A stretch of DNA of 64,000 nt from an uncultured delta proteobacterium (GCA_963792275.1 CAWBVQ010000016.1:28947-92946), one strand, 5' to 3'. Counted from the stretch's first letter, positions 19,078-29,935 are shown. Notes: generated by a model from the letters alone, not told the origin. Numbers and translations are program-made.

Positions 19078-21464
19078 ATGCTGGGCGTGGTCAACGAAAA
19101 GACGCTGAACGAGCTGGCCTGGCCGCAGCTCTGCGCCGAGCTGGCGGCTCGCGCGCGCACCCCCATGGGGCGGGAACGCTGCCTCGCGCTCCTGCCGGGA
19201 GACGACCCGGACGAGGCCCGGCGCAGGCTCCTGCGCGTGGAGGAGGCGCGGCTGCTCGCGCGGCACGAGCGCGAGCTGCCGCTCGCCGACGCGGTCGACG
19301 TGCGACCGGCCCTGGGGAGGGCGCAGCGCGACGGGACGCTGGAGCCGATGGAGCTGCTCCAGGTCGCGCGGCTGATCCGCGCATCCGATTCCGCCCGGAG
19401 GTTTTGCTTCTCGCAGGCGGATCGGGCGCCGCTCCATTACGAGCTGGCGCAACAGCTCTCGGAGCTGTCGCCCCTGGCGCGGGAGCTGGAGCGCGCCTTC
19501 GATCCCGCCGGCAAGCTGCTCGACTCCGCCTCGCCTCTGCTCGGCGAGCTGCGCGAGCGGGCGCGCGGACTTCACCGCGCCATCAAGCAGCGCATCGAAG
19601 AGCTGCTCAAGGACGAGAAGATCGTCCCCATGCTGCGCGACGTCTACTACTCGGTCCGCGGCGATCGCTACGTGCTGCCGGTACGCGCCGAGCACAAGTC
19701 GCACCTGCCCGGCACCGTGCACAACGCCAGCAACTCCGGACAGACGCTCTTCGTCGAGCCGCAGCAGCTCGTCGAGCTGGGAAACCAGCTCACCATCGCC
19801 GAGGCGGGCGCGCTGGAGGAGGAGCAGCGCATCCTCCACGAGCTGTCCGGCGCGGTGGGCCGGCGGGCGCCGGAGCTGGAGCACGACGTGGAGGTGATTG
19901 CGCTGCTCGACGAGTCGGCGGCGGGGGGAAGGCTGGGCGACGCGCTGGAGGCGGGCGCGCCGGAGCTGGTCTCGGCCGCGGACCGATTCGAGCTGCGCAA
20001 GAGCCGGCATCCGCTGCTGGTGCTGCGGCGCAAGTCGGCGGTGGTGGCGAACGACGTGGCGCTGCCTGCTCCGGCGCAGGCGCTGATCGTGAGCGGCCCC
20101 AACGCGGGCGGAAAGACCGTCACCATCACCGCGGTGGGACTCGCCGCGCTGATGGCGCGGGCGGGCCTGCCCATCGCGGCGGAGCCCGGCTCGCGGATGC
20201 CGCTCTACCGCACCGTCTACACCGCCATCGGCGACGAGGGGGATCTCTCGCGCGACCTCTCCACCTTCACGGCGCACCTTTCCGCCCTGAAGTGGATCCT
20301 GGAGGCGGCGGGATCGGGGACGCTGGTGCTCATCGACGAGATCGCGGCGGACACCGACCCGCGCGAGGGCGCGGCCATCGCGGTGGCGGCGCTGGAGAAG
20401 CTGGTGGGCGCGGGCGCGCAGGTGCTGATCACCACCCACCTCGAGGAGCTGAAGGCGCTTGCGCTGGCCGATGCGCGCTTCGCCCCTGCCAGCGTGGGAT
20501 TCGACGTGGAGCGGCTGGCGCCGACCTACCAGCTCCGGCTCGGCGAGGTGGGCGCTTCCTCCGCCATCGAGATCGCGCGCCGGGTGGGACTGCCCGCCGA
20601 CGTCTGCGACCGCGCGCGGCAGATCCTGGGCGGGGGCGTGTCCGGCGGTCTCGCAGGCGGTGGAGATGCTGGAGAAGGCGCGCGCGGAGACGGCGCGGGC
20701 GCGCAGCGACCTGGAGGCGGCCCGTTCGGAGCTGTTGCGCGAGCGCGAGGTGGTGCAGCGCGAGCGGGAGCGGCTGCGCGAGCTGGAGCGGCAGACCCGG
20801 GCGGGCGCGCGGGAGGACCTGATCGAGGATCTGCGCAAGCGGCGCGACGAGGTGGCGGCGCTGATCGCGCAGCTGCAGGCGGCGCCGGCCATGGCGCAGG
20901 CGGTGGAGGCGCAACGCGCGGTGGAAGAGGCCGCGGTCTCGGCCGAGCGCGAGCAGGCGCGCGAGGAGGAGCCGCAGGCGTTGCCGGACGTCGCCGTGGA
21001 GAGCGGGACGAAGGTCAAGCACGTGCGCCTGGGCACGCAGGGCGTGGTGCTGGAGGTGCACGGCGGGTACGCGATGGTGCAGATGGGCGCCCTGCGCAGC
21101 AAGGTGGCGCTGGCCGATCTGGTGCCGATCTCCGGGCAGGTGGCGCAGGCTGCCTTCCGCAAGACCGCCCAGGAGCGGCTGAAGAAGGCCGAGCAGGCGC
21201 GGCCCGCGGCGGTGCAGGTGCGGGTGCCGGTCGTGGACGTGCGCGGCTTGAGGGTCGACGAGGCGCTGCGCGTCGGTGGAGCTGGAGATGGACCGGGCGA
21301 TGCGGGCGGGAGAGGAGCGGGTGCACGTGCTGCACGGGCACGGAAGCGGGGCGCTGAAGGCGGCGGTACGGGAGCACTTGCAGAGGAGCCCGTACGTGAA
21401 GCGGGCGCGGGCGGCGGAGCAGCATGAAGGGGGGGACGGGGTCACTGTGGCTGAGCTGGCATAG
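19078..21464 (+). pseudogene. mutS2: endonuclease MutS2 (MutS domain plus Smr), two frameshifts (~20640, ~21272)
   Basis: ORF 19039..21357 (GPNAGGKTV, LIDEIAADTDPREG, ITTHL) continues in 20459..21427 (coiled coil, KVKHVRLG..) and then 21276..21464 (Smr: VHVLHGHGSGALKAAV). Each junction needs one base skipped. Confidence 0.85.
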
Positions 21465-21465
21465 C

Positions 21466-21676
21466 GGGTTGAGGGTTGAGGGAACGGGTTTAGGTTTAGG
21501 TTTAGGTTTGGGGTTCAGGAAGTCGCGACCCCGAGACCGGGACCCGAAGTCCCGCACGCGGACGCGCACGCGCACCCGCACCCGCACGCGATCCCCCGCC
21601 GCGCAGGTCGCGCGGCCCGAACCCAGACCCGCCCGGTTCGCGTTTGGGTTTGCGTTTGCGTTTGCGGTTCGCGTTT
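21466..21676. repeat. cluster of short tandem arrays with 6-7 nt period: (GGGTTGA)x2, (GGTTTA)x4-5, (CGCACN)x6, (GCGTTT)x5-6
   Basis: Read directly. Arrays lie at 21466-21480, 21486-21515, 21551-21588 and 21639-21676, all in the intergenic region after mutS2. Confidence 0.9.
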
Positions 21677-21702
21677 TGGTGCGGCAGTCTCTGTTCTATA
21701 GA

Positions 21703-22044
21703 ATGCAGACCATGCATCCCTGGCTGCGGGAGGTCAGACACGATCTGGTGAAGCGCGCGGTCTGGGCGGCGCGCGACCTGCGCGAGTCAGGGGAAGAGGA
21801 CGTGGAGGCGTTGCGCCGCGGGCTCTTCGAGCTCGTCGATGCGGAAGGCGGGCGGGTTTCCGCGACCGCCTTGTTTGCCCGGATGCAGGTCGGAGCGCCT
21901 TCCGGCGCGGCCTGCAAGGCATTCGCGGATGCCCTGCAACATGCCGTTTCTTCATTGGATTTTCCTTGGCCTGCGCCGCTCGTCGCGGTGCTCGGGCTGG
22001 AGGACGCTTTCGACGCGCTCGCGCGTTCCCTCTCCGAGGAGTGA
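21703..22044 (+). CDS. hypothetical protein (113 aa), first gene of the sigma-54 regulator cluster
   Basis: C-terminal part of ORF 21424..22044 starting at MQTMHPWLREV. The upstream part of that ORF is only repeat translation. No family recognised. Confidence 0.5.
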   Translation: MQTMHPWLREVRHDLVKRAVWAARDLRESGEEDVEALRRGLFELVDAEGGRVSATALFARMQVGAPSGAACKAFADALQHAVSSLDFPWPAPLVAVLGLEDAFDALARSLSEE

Positions 22045-22048
22045 CCTT

Positions 22049-23758
22049 GTGCCCCGACTGCTGGTGATCGACGACCGCGACCAGACCATCGAGATGTGCC
22101 ATCGGCACCTGCCGCAGTTCGACTACGTCACCCGCTGCGACAAGCCGCATCCGTGCCAGGTCTGCGAGGAGCGCGACAGGGGCTGCCCGCTCAAGTGCGC
22201 GCACGACTACTTCGAGGCGGCCGAGGCGCTCGGACGCGAAGGCGCGCTGCCCGATCTGGTGGTGCTCGATCTGCATTTCGCGGTTCCCGAGGCGAGGCTC
22301 CTGCCCAGGGACAGGCCGCCCGCCGACGCGGCATCGCCAGGCATCCTCGAGGATCTGCGCCGGCGGCAGGGCCTCTTCATCCTCGAGCAGCTTCGCAAGG
22401 ACTACCCCACGCTGCCGGTGGTGATGCTCACCACCACCGAGGCCGACGTGGGCGAGCGCCCGCGCGACCCGCTGGTGCACTTCTGCGAAAACGAGGTGGT
22501 GGACTCGCGCACGCTCGCGGCGGAGATCTCGCGCGCGCTCGCCCTGCACCACGCCGCGCAGGAGGGTCCGGTCTTCTGGGGGCGCGCCAGGGCGATGGCC
22601 GAGCTGCGCCGCCAGCTGGCGGTGCTGGCGCGGAGCCCGCTGCCCGTGCTCATCGAGGGCGAGACGGGCACCGGCAAGAGCTTCCTCGCGGAGCACGTGC
22701 TCCACCCGCGCTCGGGCGCGAAGGGGCCGCTGGTGGTGACCGACCTCTCCACGGTGCCTTCGACGCTGATGCCGGCGCACCTGTTCGGCTCGCGCCGCGG
22801 CAGCTACACCGGCGCGGCCGAAGACCACGCCGGCGTCTTCGAGCAGGCGCACGGAGGCACCCTCTTCCTCGACGAGATCGCCAACCTCGATCTGGAGCTG
22901 CAGCGCCAGCTCCTGCTGGTGCTCGAGCGCGGCGCCGTCACCCGCCTGGGCGATTCCCGGCAGCGCGCCGCCTCGCCCAAGCTGGTGGCCGCCACCAACC
23001 AGGACCTCGCGCAACTGGTGCGCGAGGGCCGCTTCCGCCAGGACCTCTACATGCGCCTCAACCCGGCGACGCGGCTGCGCGTCCCGCCGCTGCGCGAGCG
23101 CGCCCTCGACCTGCCCGATCTGGTCGGCTTCGCGGTGGTGGGGGCGCTGCGATCGGAGGGGCTGCGCCCGCTGGTGCGCGCCTACCTGGCCCGGTATCCC
23201 ACGCCCGAGGACTATGCCGAGGAGCACAACGCGGTGGCGTTCGGGAAGGCGCAGGCGCGCGCGGCGCGGCGCGACGCGTTCTCGGTGTTCTTCTCGCAGG
23301 CCGCGCTGCAGCGGCTCTGTTCGCATCCCTGGCCGGGCAACCATCGCGAGCTCAAGCTCCTCGCCACCAACGCGGTGGTCTTCTCCCTCGTACAGCAGCT
23401 CGACGCGCCCGACGAAGGACGCGGCCAGCGCGCGCCCGCCGTGCTCGCGGTCAGCGACCAGCTCGTCGATCAGCTTCTCGGCAAGCCCGCGGCGATTCCG
23501 CCCGGCGCGCCGGGTCCGGTGATCTCCGGCAAGTCGGGCGAGCGGCGGGTGGAGATCGCGCTCAAGCCGGGGCAGACCTTCGCGGAGATCTCCGCCGACG
23601 TCGAGCGGCAGTACCTGGTGGCGCTGTTCCAGGCGCACGGCGGCGATCTCGACCTGATGGCCCGTGAGCTCTTCGGCCCGGGCGCCTCGCGGCGCAAGGT
23701 GCACCTGCGCATGAACCAGCTCGGGCTGCGCCTGCGCAACCTCCGGGCGCCGGCATGA
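22049..23758 (+). CDS. sigma-54-dependent transcriptional activator (NtrC-like) with atypical Cys-rich receiver domain
   Basis: ORF 21839..23758, GTG at 22049. Walker A GETGTGKS, GAFTGA-like GSYTGA, TLFLDEI, PWPGNHREL and a C-terminal HTH. The N-terminus LLVIDD...VVLDLHF carries six Cys in about 40 aa. Confidence 0.85.
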   Translation: MPRLLVIDDRDQTIEMCHRHLPQFDYVTRCDKPHPCQVCEERDRGCPLKCAHDYFEAAEALGREGALPDLVVLDLHFAVPEARLLPRDRPPADAASPGILEDLRRRQGLFILEQLRKDYPTLPVVMLTTTEADVGERPRDPLVHFCENEVVDSRTLAAEISRALALHHAAQEGPVFWGRARAMAELRRQLAVLARSPLPVLIEGETGTGKSFLAEHVLHPRSGAKGPLVVTDLSTVPSTLMPAHLFGSRRGSYTGAAEDHAGVFEQAHGGTLFLDEIANLDLELQRQLLLVLERGAVTRLGDSRQRAASPKLVAATNQDLAQLVREGRFRQDLYMRLNPATRLRVPPLRERALDLPDLVGFAVVGALRSEGLRPLVRAYLARYPTPEDYAEEHNAVAFGKAQARAARRDAFSVFFSQAALQRLCSHPWPGNHRELKLLATNAVVFSLVQQLDAPDEGRGQRAPAVLAVSDQLVDQLLGKPAAIPPGAPGPVISGKSGERRVEIALKPGQTFAEISADVERQYLVALFQAHGGDLDLMARELFGPGASRRKVHLRMNQLGLRLRNLRAPA

Positions 23759-26522
23759 TCGCGGTCTTCGCGGCCCTGCTCGCCGCCTCCACTCCCGCGC
23801 ACGACTCGGGCGGCGCCGCCGCCGCTCCTCCGACAGAGAAGGCGTACCGGGCGGCGATCCGCCGCGCGCCCTCACGCTGGTCCAACTACGCCGGCCTCGC
23901 CGAGCTGCTCGCCGCACGCGACGACCGCTGGGAAAGCGCGGACGAGACGCTCGCCTTGCTCGCCCGCGGCCTCTTGCTCGCTCCGCCGCGGGGAAAGGTG
24001 AGCCTCGCCATCCGCGTGGCCGACTTCGAGCGCAGCGTCGGGCGCACGGCGCAGGCGCGCGAGCGGCTCTCCGCGCTGGACGCGCTCAAGCCCGACGCGG
24101 CGCAGTCGCGACGCATCCGGGCGCTCCTCGATCGCATCGCCGAGGAGGAGCGCGCGCGAGAGCTGGAAGACTGGCCGGAGCCGCGGCCCTCCGCATCCGA
24201 TGCGGCCGCGCTTGCGGAGGGAGAAGGGAAGCTGCGGCAGAGCGATGCCCGTGGCGCGCTCGCCGCGGCGGATGCGCTCTGCGCCTCCCAGCCGGCCTGG
24301 CGCGCGGCGCACTGGCTGCGGGCGCGCGCGCTCGACGCGGTGGGTCGGGTGGACGAGGAAGCGCGCGAGCTGCGCGCGTTGACGCAGCTCTCGCCCTCGC
24401 ACGCGGCGGCCTGGAGGCGGCTCGGCGAGATCCTCGCCGCGGAGGGCGGGCTTCTCGAGGCGGACCGCGCCGACGAGGCGCTGCGGCAAGCGCTCTCGCT
24501 CGAGCCTTCCTGGAGCGAGCTGTGGCTGCTGCGGGCGCGGGTTGCGCTGCGCCAGGGCCGCGCCCAGGACGCCATGCGCGCTCTCGACCGGTACTCCCGG
24601 GCCGGCGGAACCTCCGGGGAGGCAGCTCGGCTGAGCGCCGCGGCCCGCGCGCAGGCAGGCCTGGACGGACTGGCGCTGCCGGCCACCGGGTCCGCCGCGC
24701 GCGAGCCGTCCGCCGCCGCCCGGGCGCTGCTCCAGGAGGCCGCGGCCGCGCCGCCGGAGCGCGCCCGCGAGCTCCTCGCCGCGGCGATTCTGGACTCGCC
24801 GGCGTTCGTGGAGGCGGCCGCGGCGCAGTATGCGCTCTCGGGCACCGTTCCCGACGCCACCCTCGAGGCGCTGCGCGGTGACGGAGAGCGCCTGCTCGAT
24901 CTCGCGGCACAGGTGCGGCGCGCGGGCGGCCCCGCGTCGCTGGTGGCGCCTTGGATCGATCGCGCCGTGGAGCTGGGCGCCCCCGAGTCGCGCTTCGTGC
25001 GGGCGCAGCTGCGCCTGGAGCAGGCCGACCGGAGCGGCGCTCTCGAGGACCTCATCGCCTACGCGGCCTCTCCGCAGGCGCAGCACCTTCGCGAGGCGCG
25101 CGCCTTGCGGGCCCAGCTCGTCGCGCCGTCGCGAGGCGACCTTGCGCCGCTGGAAGCGCGCCTGCGGCTCGCCGAAGATCGCCCGGAGGCGGCGCTGGCG
25201 GCGCTCGGCTCGCGCTGCGAGGAGGGGACCGCGGACGAGCGGCTCCTTCTCCTCGGAGAGGTGCACGAGTTCGCCGGCGAGCTGCAGCAGGCGCTGGAGT
25301 GTTACCGCATCGCCTCTCCCTTGCCGGCGGCGCTGCGGAGGCTCGCGCGGGTTGCGGAGCGGGCGCCGGATGCGCGCGCCGCGCGCGAGCTGGAGGCCGC
25401 GGCGGCGGACGGAATCCCCGAGGCGCTCTGGGCGCTCGCGCGCCTCGATCTCGGCGGCGGGGCGCCGCGAACAGGCCCTGCCGCGCATCGAACGGTTCCT
25501 CGCGGCGGCCGCGCCGGACGACGCGAGCCTGGCCGCGGCGCGGGCCGCGCGGGAGGCGCTGGTGGAGACGAGCAACGCAAGCGCCCTGCAGCGCTCGCGG
25601 CGGCGCGCGGCGGCCGTTGCCGGGGCGCTCCTCCTCCTGCTCGGCGCGGGCGGGTGGCTCTGGGCGGGCGCGACCGCGCAGTCGGCGCTGCGGCGCAGGC
25701 CGCGCCTCTTCCCCCACGTCGCGCGGATGGTCAACGAGCTGCGCCACGACCTGCTCAAGCACCGCGCCGGAGTGCTCGGCATGCTCGCCGAGCCCGGCTG
25801 CGAGCCGCGACGACGTCGCGCGCGCGCTGCTCTCGCCCGAGGCCCGCTTCGCTGACCCTGGCCAGGCACTACGAGGCGCTGCGCGCCGCCGCCCGGGCGC
25901 AGGGAGTCTGGCTGCGGCGCCTCGCCCGCGAGCCCGTCCTTCGGGCCGCTTGCGCGCGATCTGGCGCGGGCGGAGTCGCTCTTGCGCGGCGGCGGCGGGG
26001 AAGACGAGCTGCTCCGCATCGACGCGCGCATCCGCGGCGAGCATGCGGCGCGGCTCTCGGGCCTCTTGCGCCTGGGCCCGCGGACGAGGCTCGACGCCGA
26101 AGCCGTGGCGGGCTGGATCCGCGACGTCGAGGCGGAGATGCGCCGCGGCGGTTCGGCCTGGACCGCGCCCTCCATCCTGCTCCAGGGCATGGGCGTGGAC
26201 TTCGCGGTGGAGCGCGGAGCGCTCTCCACCATCTTCGCAAACCTGCTGCGCAACGCGCAGGCCGCCGCCGCCGGCGGGGAGGTCATCGTCCGCCTCGGCG
26301 AGGAGCGCGACGCCGCCGGGCGGAACCTGACCGTGCTCCTGGTCGGGCGACTCGTCCGCCCACGCCGTCTCGCTCGAGGCCATCGAGCAGCGCGAGAGCG
26401 GGCGCGGGCTCTCGCTGGTGCGCGACCTGACCCGCGAGTGGCAGGGGCACGTGGTGGTGCGCACCGAGGAGCCTCCCTGGACGAAGGCGGTGGGCGCCTG
26501 CTTCCCCGCGCCGCCGGCATGA
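23755..26522 (+). pseudogene. TPR-repeat / transmembrane / histidine-kinase-like (HATPase_c) protein, about 5 frameshifts between 25460 and 26345
   Basis: ORF 23755.. (signal-like N-terminus, long Ala/Leu-rich TPR-like region) joins to 24830..25855 (TM AVAGALLLLLGAGGWLWAG; NELRHDLLKH). It then passes through short segments of two other frames to 25982.. (N-box FANLLRNA) and a final frame (GRGLSLVRDL). ATGA overlap with the activator stop. Confidence 0.65.
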
Positions 26523-26952
26523 CCTTCATCGTCTGCGAGGACGGCGCCGAGTACGCGGATCGCTTCCAGCGGTTCCTCGGCGGGCAGTTCGCCTTCGTGC
26601 GCGCCGGCCATTTCGCCGACGCGCTCGCGCTCGCCGCCGGCGCCTGCGGCGTGCTGCTCGATCTCGGATTTCCGCCGCACCGCGCCTGCGCTGCTGGTGG
26701 ACGAGCGGGGCGAGAAGGGCCGACGCGAGCCCGGCGGAGGTCCAGGGCATCCTGATCCTGAGGGCCCTGCGCGCCCATGGCGTGCGACTGCCGGCGCTGC
26801 TCTTCGCGGACCTCGACGACGCCGGGCGTGCCTCACGGCTGGAGGCGGAGCTGGCGCCGCTGCGGGTGGTGCCTTCCAGCACCGGGCTTGCGCAGATCGC
26901 TCAGCTGCTGCGCGAGATGAGCAGCGCCACCGGCAAGGTGGAGAAGAGCTGA
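26519..26952 (+). pseudogene. small receiver-like (REC-related) protein, two frameshifts (~26666, ~26733)
   Basis: MTFIVCEDGAEYADRFQRFL...GVLLDL | DFRRTAPALLVDERGEKGRREP | AEVQGILILRALRAHGVRLPALLFADLDD...; ATGA overlap with the upstream stop. The junctions are my own reconstruction. Confidence 0.5.
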
Positions 26953-29891
26953 TCCACGGCCAGCCCCGACGCGGAGACCTGGCGGTCCTCGCCTGTCAGG
27001 ACGTCGCGCAGCTTCTCCCCCGGTTGCAGCCGCGGCACCGGCAAGAAGGTGCCGGCAAACACCTTGGCGGGCAGCGCCGGACCATCGAGGAGCCCGGCCA
27101 CGAGCCGCGGGGCAACGGCGACAGCCATCTGCCCGTTCGGTCCCGTCCGGGCGAAGGCGCAGAGATTCGCCGCGCGCGGCCCCTGTGGACCCAGCGGCAC
27201 GTACCCGCCCCCTGCGAAGAGGTCGGGGTGCTCCTTGCGCGCCGCAAGCCCCGCGTGCGTGAGCAGGAGCTTGATCCGTCCGTCCTGCCACCTCGCATAG
27301 AGCGCCCGCGCCTGCTCCGCCCGCGAGAGCGAGGAGGCGCGCAGCTCGTCGAGCATGGCGTGACGCAACCCGTAGTCGACCGGGCGCCGGTTGTCGGGAT
27401 CCACCAGCGAGAAGTCCCAAAGCTCGCAGCCCTGGTAGAAGTCGGGCACCCCCGGCGAGGCGATCTTGAGCACCACCTGCGCGAGCGAGTTGTGCAAGCC
27501 CGCATGGACCACGCGCTCGGCGAAGGGCTGCAGTCCCCTCCAGAGCGGGTGCCGCGGGGGCAGCGCGAAGAGCCCCTCCACGTAGGCGCGCAGCGCGTCT
27601 TCCCAGCGCGGGTCCTCCTGGATCCAACTGGTGTTGACCTTCGCCTCCTTGGCTGCCTTCACCATGTACTGCACCAGCCGGTCGCGCAGCTGCGGCAGGT
27701 CGGCAAGGTCCATCGGCCAGGCGCCGATCAGCGTCTGGAGCAGGAGCATCTGCTCGTTGCGGTCGGGGGCAAGGCGCCCGTCCACCTCGCGGCGCAGGCC
27801 CTCCGTCCTGCGGGCGAAGGCGATGGCGGTCTTGCGCCAGTCCTCCGGCAGCTCGGAGAGCGTGTCGATGCGCACGCGGATGTCCTCGCCGCGCTTGGTG
27901 TCGTGGGTGGCGGTGGCGAGCAGCGAGCGCGGCCACTTCTGCGCGCGCTGGGCGTTCTCCTCGTGGAACGACTCCACCGTGGCGCCGAAGTGCTCGGGCT
28001 CGCCGCCCACCTCGTTGAGCGAGACGAGGCGGTTGTAGACGTAGAAGGCGGTGTCCTCCAGGCCCTTCGCCATCACCGGGCCGAGCATCTGCTGCAGCTT
28101 GAGCGCGAAGGCGTGCTGCGCCGGCCGCTCGCGCTCCTCCACGTAGGCGGCGAACTTCTGCAAGAGGATGTCGGCGATGAACTCGTAGATGCTGGCGTTC
28201 TCCGCCGGGTTGCGGCGGCGCGCGCAGGCCACCGCCTGCAGGATGTACTTCCGGTCGCGCTCGTCGACGTGGCCCGGCTCCTCGATGTAGGAGCGGTAGA
28301 CGGGGAAGCAGGCGATGAGCTCGATCAGCGCCGCCCGCAGCGCGTAGAGGGTGAAGTCGCGGGTCCAGCGGTTGCCTTCGGAGATGCGGTTGAGCTGGCG
28401 TGCGAGCAGGTTCATCTCCGCCGCCATCGCCGTGTAGAGGATCAGCTTCTTCTTCTGGTAGACCAGCTCCTCGAAGTCGATCTCGCCGTGGATGAAGCGC
28501 GAGTAGATCTTCTGCAGCTTGTCCGCGTTCTCGCGGGCCACGAAGATGCCGTTGAGCGAGTTGGCGTAGTCGTAGCCGGTGGTGCCGGCCACGTCCCAGG
28601 TCAGGGGCAGCGTCTCGGTGCGGCCGAGGATCTTCTCCGCCACCACGAAGAGCGGACGGCGCAGGCGCCGGTCGTCGCTGACCGAGAGCTCCGCGCGCAC
28701 CGCTTCTTCCAGCTCTCGCCAGCGCTCGCCGGCCCGCGCCCGCGCCTTTTGCAGGATGTGCGCGTCCTGCAGCAGCCGGAAGTAACGCCGCGGATAGGCC
28801 AGTCCGTCCGGGTGATCGATGCGCAGGCCGTCGATGCGCCCCTCGGCCAGGAGCCGGAAGGGAATGTGGTGCGCGTGCTCGAACACCTCCGGGTCCTCCA
28901 TGCGGATGGCGGCGAGCGAGTTGATGTCGAAGAAGCGGCGGTAGTTGATCTCCTCGGAGGAGACGCGCCAGTGGGCGAGCCGGTACGCCTGCGAGTCGAG
29001 GAGCTTGTCGAGCAGGTCGAAGCTGCGCGGCTTTCCCGGAGTGCCGTTGAAGATGCGGACGTTCTCCTCCAGGTGCCTGCGCACCGCGGCGCTGGAAGCG
29101 AAGAGCGTGGCCACGCGCCGCTTGACCACCTCCTTCTCCCGCCGGCGTTCCTCCTTGTGCCCCGGATCGATCGCGTGTCGCGAGGGCATGTGCTGGAGCA
29201 GGAAGAGGATGCTCTTCAGCTCGTCCACCGCCTCGCTTTCGCCCAGCTCCTTCTCCAGCTCGTCGAGCCGGTGGGCGAGGATGTGCCCGTACGAGCGGGG
29301 ATTCACCGGGAAGAGGTGGTCGTAGTAGCGGATGCGGAAGGCGCCGTCGTGCAGCTCGAGGTGGATCTCGCCGCGCTCGAGGACCGCGCCGTAGCGATCG
29401 CCCAGCACCGGCACCAGCACCTTGTCGACCAGCTCCTCCTTGACCGGGTGCCACTCCACGTCGAAGAACTTCGCGGCGCGCGCGGAGGGGCCGTTCTCCA
29501 GGAGATCCATCCAGAGGGCGTTGCCGGGACCGAGGCCCATGTGGTTGGGGACGATGTCCAGCACGTACCCGAGCCCCGCCTCGCGCAGGGCGACGGAGAG
29601 CCGGTCGAGCCCTTCCTCGCCGCCCAGCTCGCGGTTCACCCGATCGTGGTTGATGACGTCGTAGCCGTGCACCGAGCCGGGCGCCGCTTCGAGGATGGGG
29701 CTGGTGTAGAGGTCGGTGATGCCGAGGTCGGAGAGGTAGCGCGCGATGCCGGCGGCCGCGTCGAAGGGGAAGTCCTTGTGCAGCTGCACGCGATAGGTCG
29801 CGAGCGGCTGGCGCGCGGCCGCAAGCTCGCTCGCCACCTCGTCGAGCAGGCGCCGCGCCTGCTCTCCCACGAGTTCGCGCTCGATTCTCAT
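26901..29891 (-). CDS. treY: maltooligosyl trehalose synthase
   Basis: C-terminal 996 aa of ORF 26901..31481 from MRIERELVGEQ (ATG 29891). Motifs YRVQLHKDF, GITDLYTSPI, DIVPNHMG, GLRIDHPDG and THDTKRGED. Intact. Confidence 0.9.
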   Translation of the reverse strand: MRIERELVGEQARRLLDEVASELAAARQPLATYRVQLHKDFPFDAAAGIARYLSDLGITDLYTSPILEAAPGSVHGYDVINHDRVNRELGGEEGLDRLSVALREAGLGYVLDIVPNHMGLGPGNALWMDLLENGPSARAAKFFDVEWHPVKEELVDKVLVPVLGDRYGAVLERGEIHLELHDGAFRIRYYDHLFPVNPRSYGHILAHRLDELEKELGESEAVDELKSILFLLQHMPSRHAIDPGHKEERRREKEVVKRRVATLFASSAAVRRHLEENVRIFNGTPGKPRSFDLLDKLLDSQAYRLAHWRVSSEEINYRRFFDINSLAAIRMEDPEVFEHAHHIPFRLLAEGRIDGLRIDHPDGLAYPRRYFRLLQDAHILQKARARAGERWRELEEAVRAELSVSDDRRLRRPLFVVAEKILGRTETLPLTWDVAGTTGYDYANSLNGIFVARENADKLQKIYSRFIHGEIDFEELVYQKKKLILYTAMAAEMNLLARQLNRISEGNRWTRDFTLYALRAALIELIACFPVYRSYIEEPGHVDERDRKYILQAVACARRRNPAENASIYEFIADILLQKFAAYVEERERPAQHAFALKLQQMLGPVMAKGLEDTAFYVYNRLVSLNEVGGEPEHFGATVESFHEENAQRAQKWPRSLLATATHDTKRGEDIRVRIDTLSELPEDWRKTAIAFARRTEGLRREVDGRLAPDRNEQMLLLQTLIGAWPMDLADLPQLRDRLVQYMVKAAKEAKVNTSWIQEDPRWEDALRAYVEGLFALPPRHPLWRGLQPFAERVVHAGLHNSLAQVVLKIASPGVPDFYQGCELWDFSLVDPDNRRPVDYGLRHAMLDELRASSLSRAEQARALYARWQDGRIKLLLTHAGLAARKEHPDLFAGGGYVPLGPQGPRAANLCAFARTGPNGQMAVAVAPRLVAGLLDGPALPAKVFAGTFLPVPRLQPGEKLRDVLTGEDRQVSASGLAVDQLFSTLPVALLISRSS

Positions 29892-29935
29892 CCCTACCCG
29901 TTCCCCCGCGCGGGCGGCGGGCGCCTCTCGGCCGA

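Noticed and set aside
21486-21515. GGTTTA array as a telomere-like repeat (it resembles eukaryotic TTAGGG/TTTAGGG types).
   Set aside because: There are only 4-5 units, embedded between ordinary bacterial genes and accompanied by unrelated arrays. There is no evidence of a replicon end.
21015-21702. Dipeptide-repeat proteins suggested by the ORF track: (RV)n, (KP)n on the minus strand and (GL)n, (RT)n, (FA)n on the plus strand.
   Set aside because: These are simply translations of the hexanucleotide arrays. There is no start context, and they overlap the mutS2 end. They were treated as non-coding repeats.
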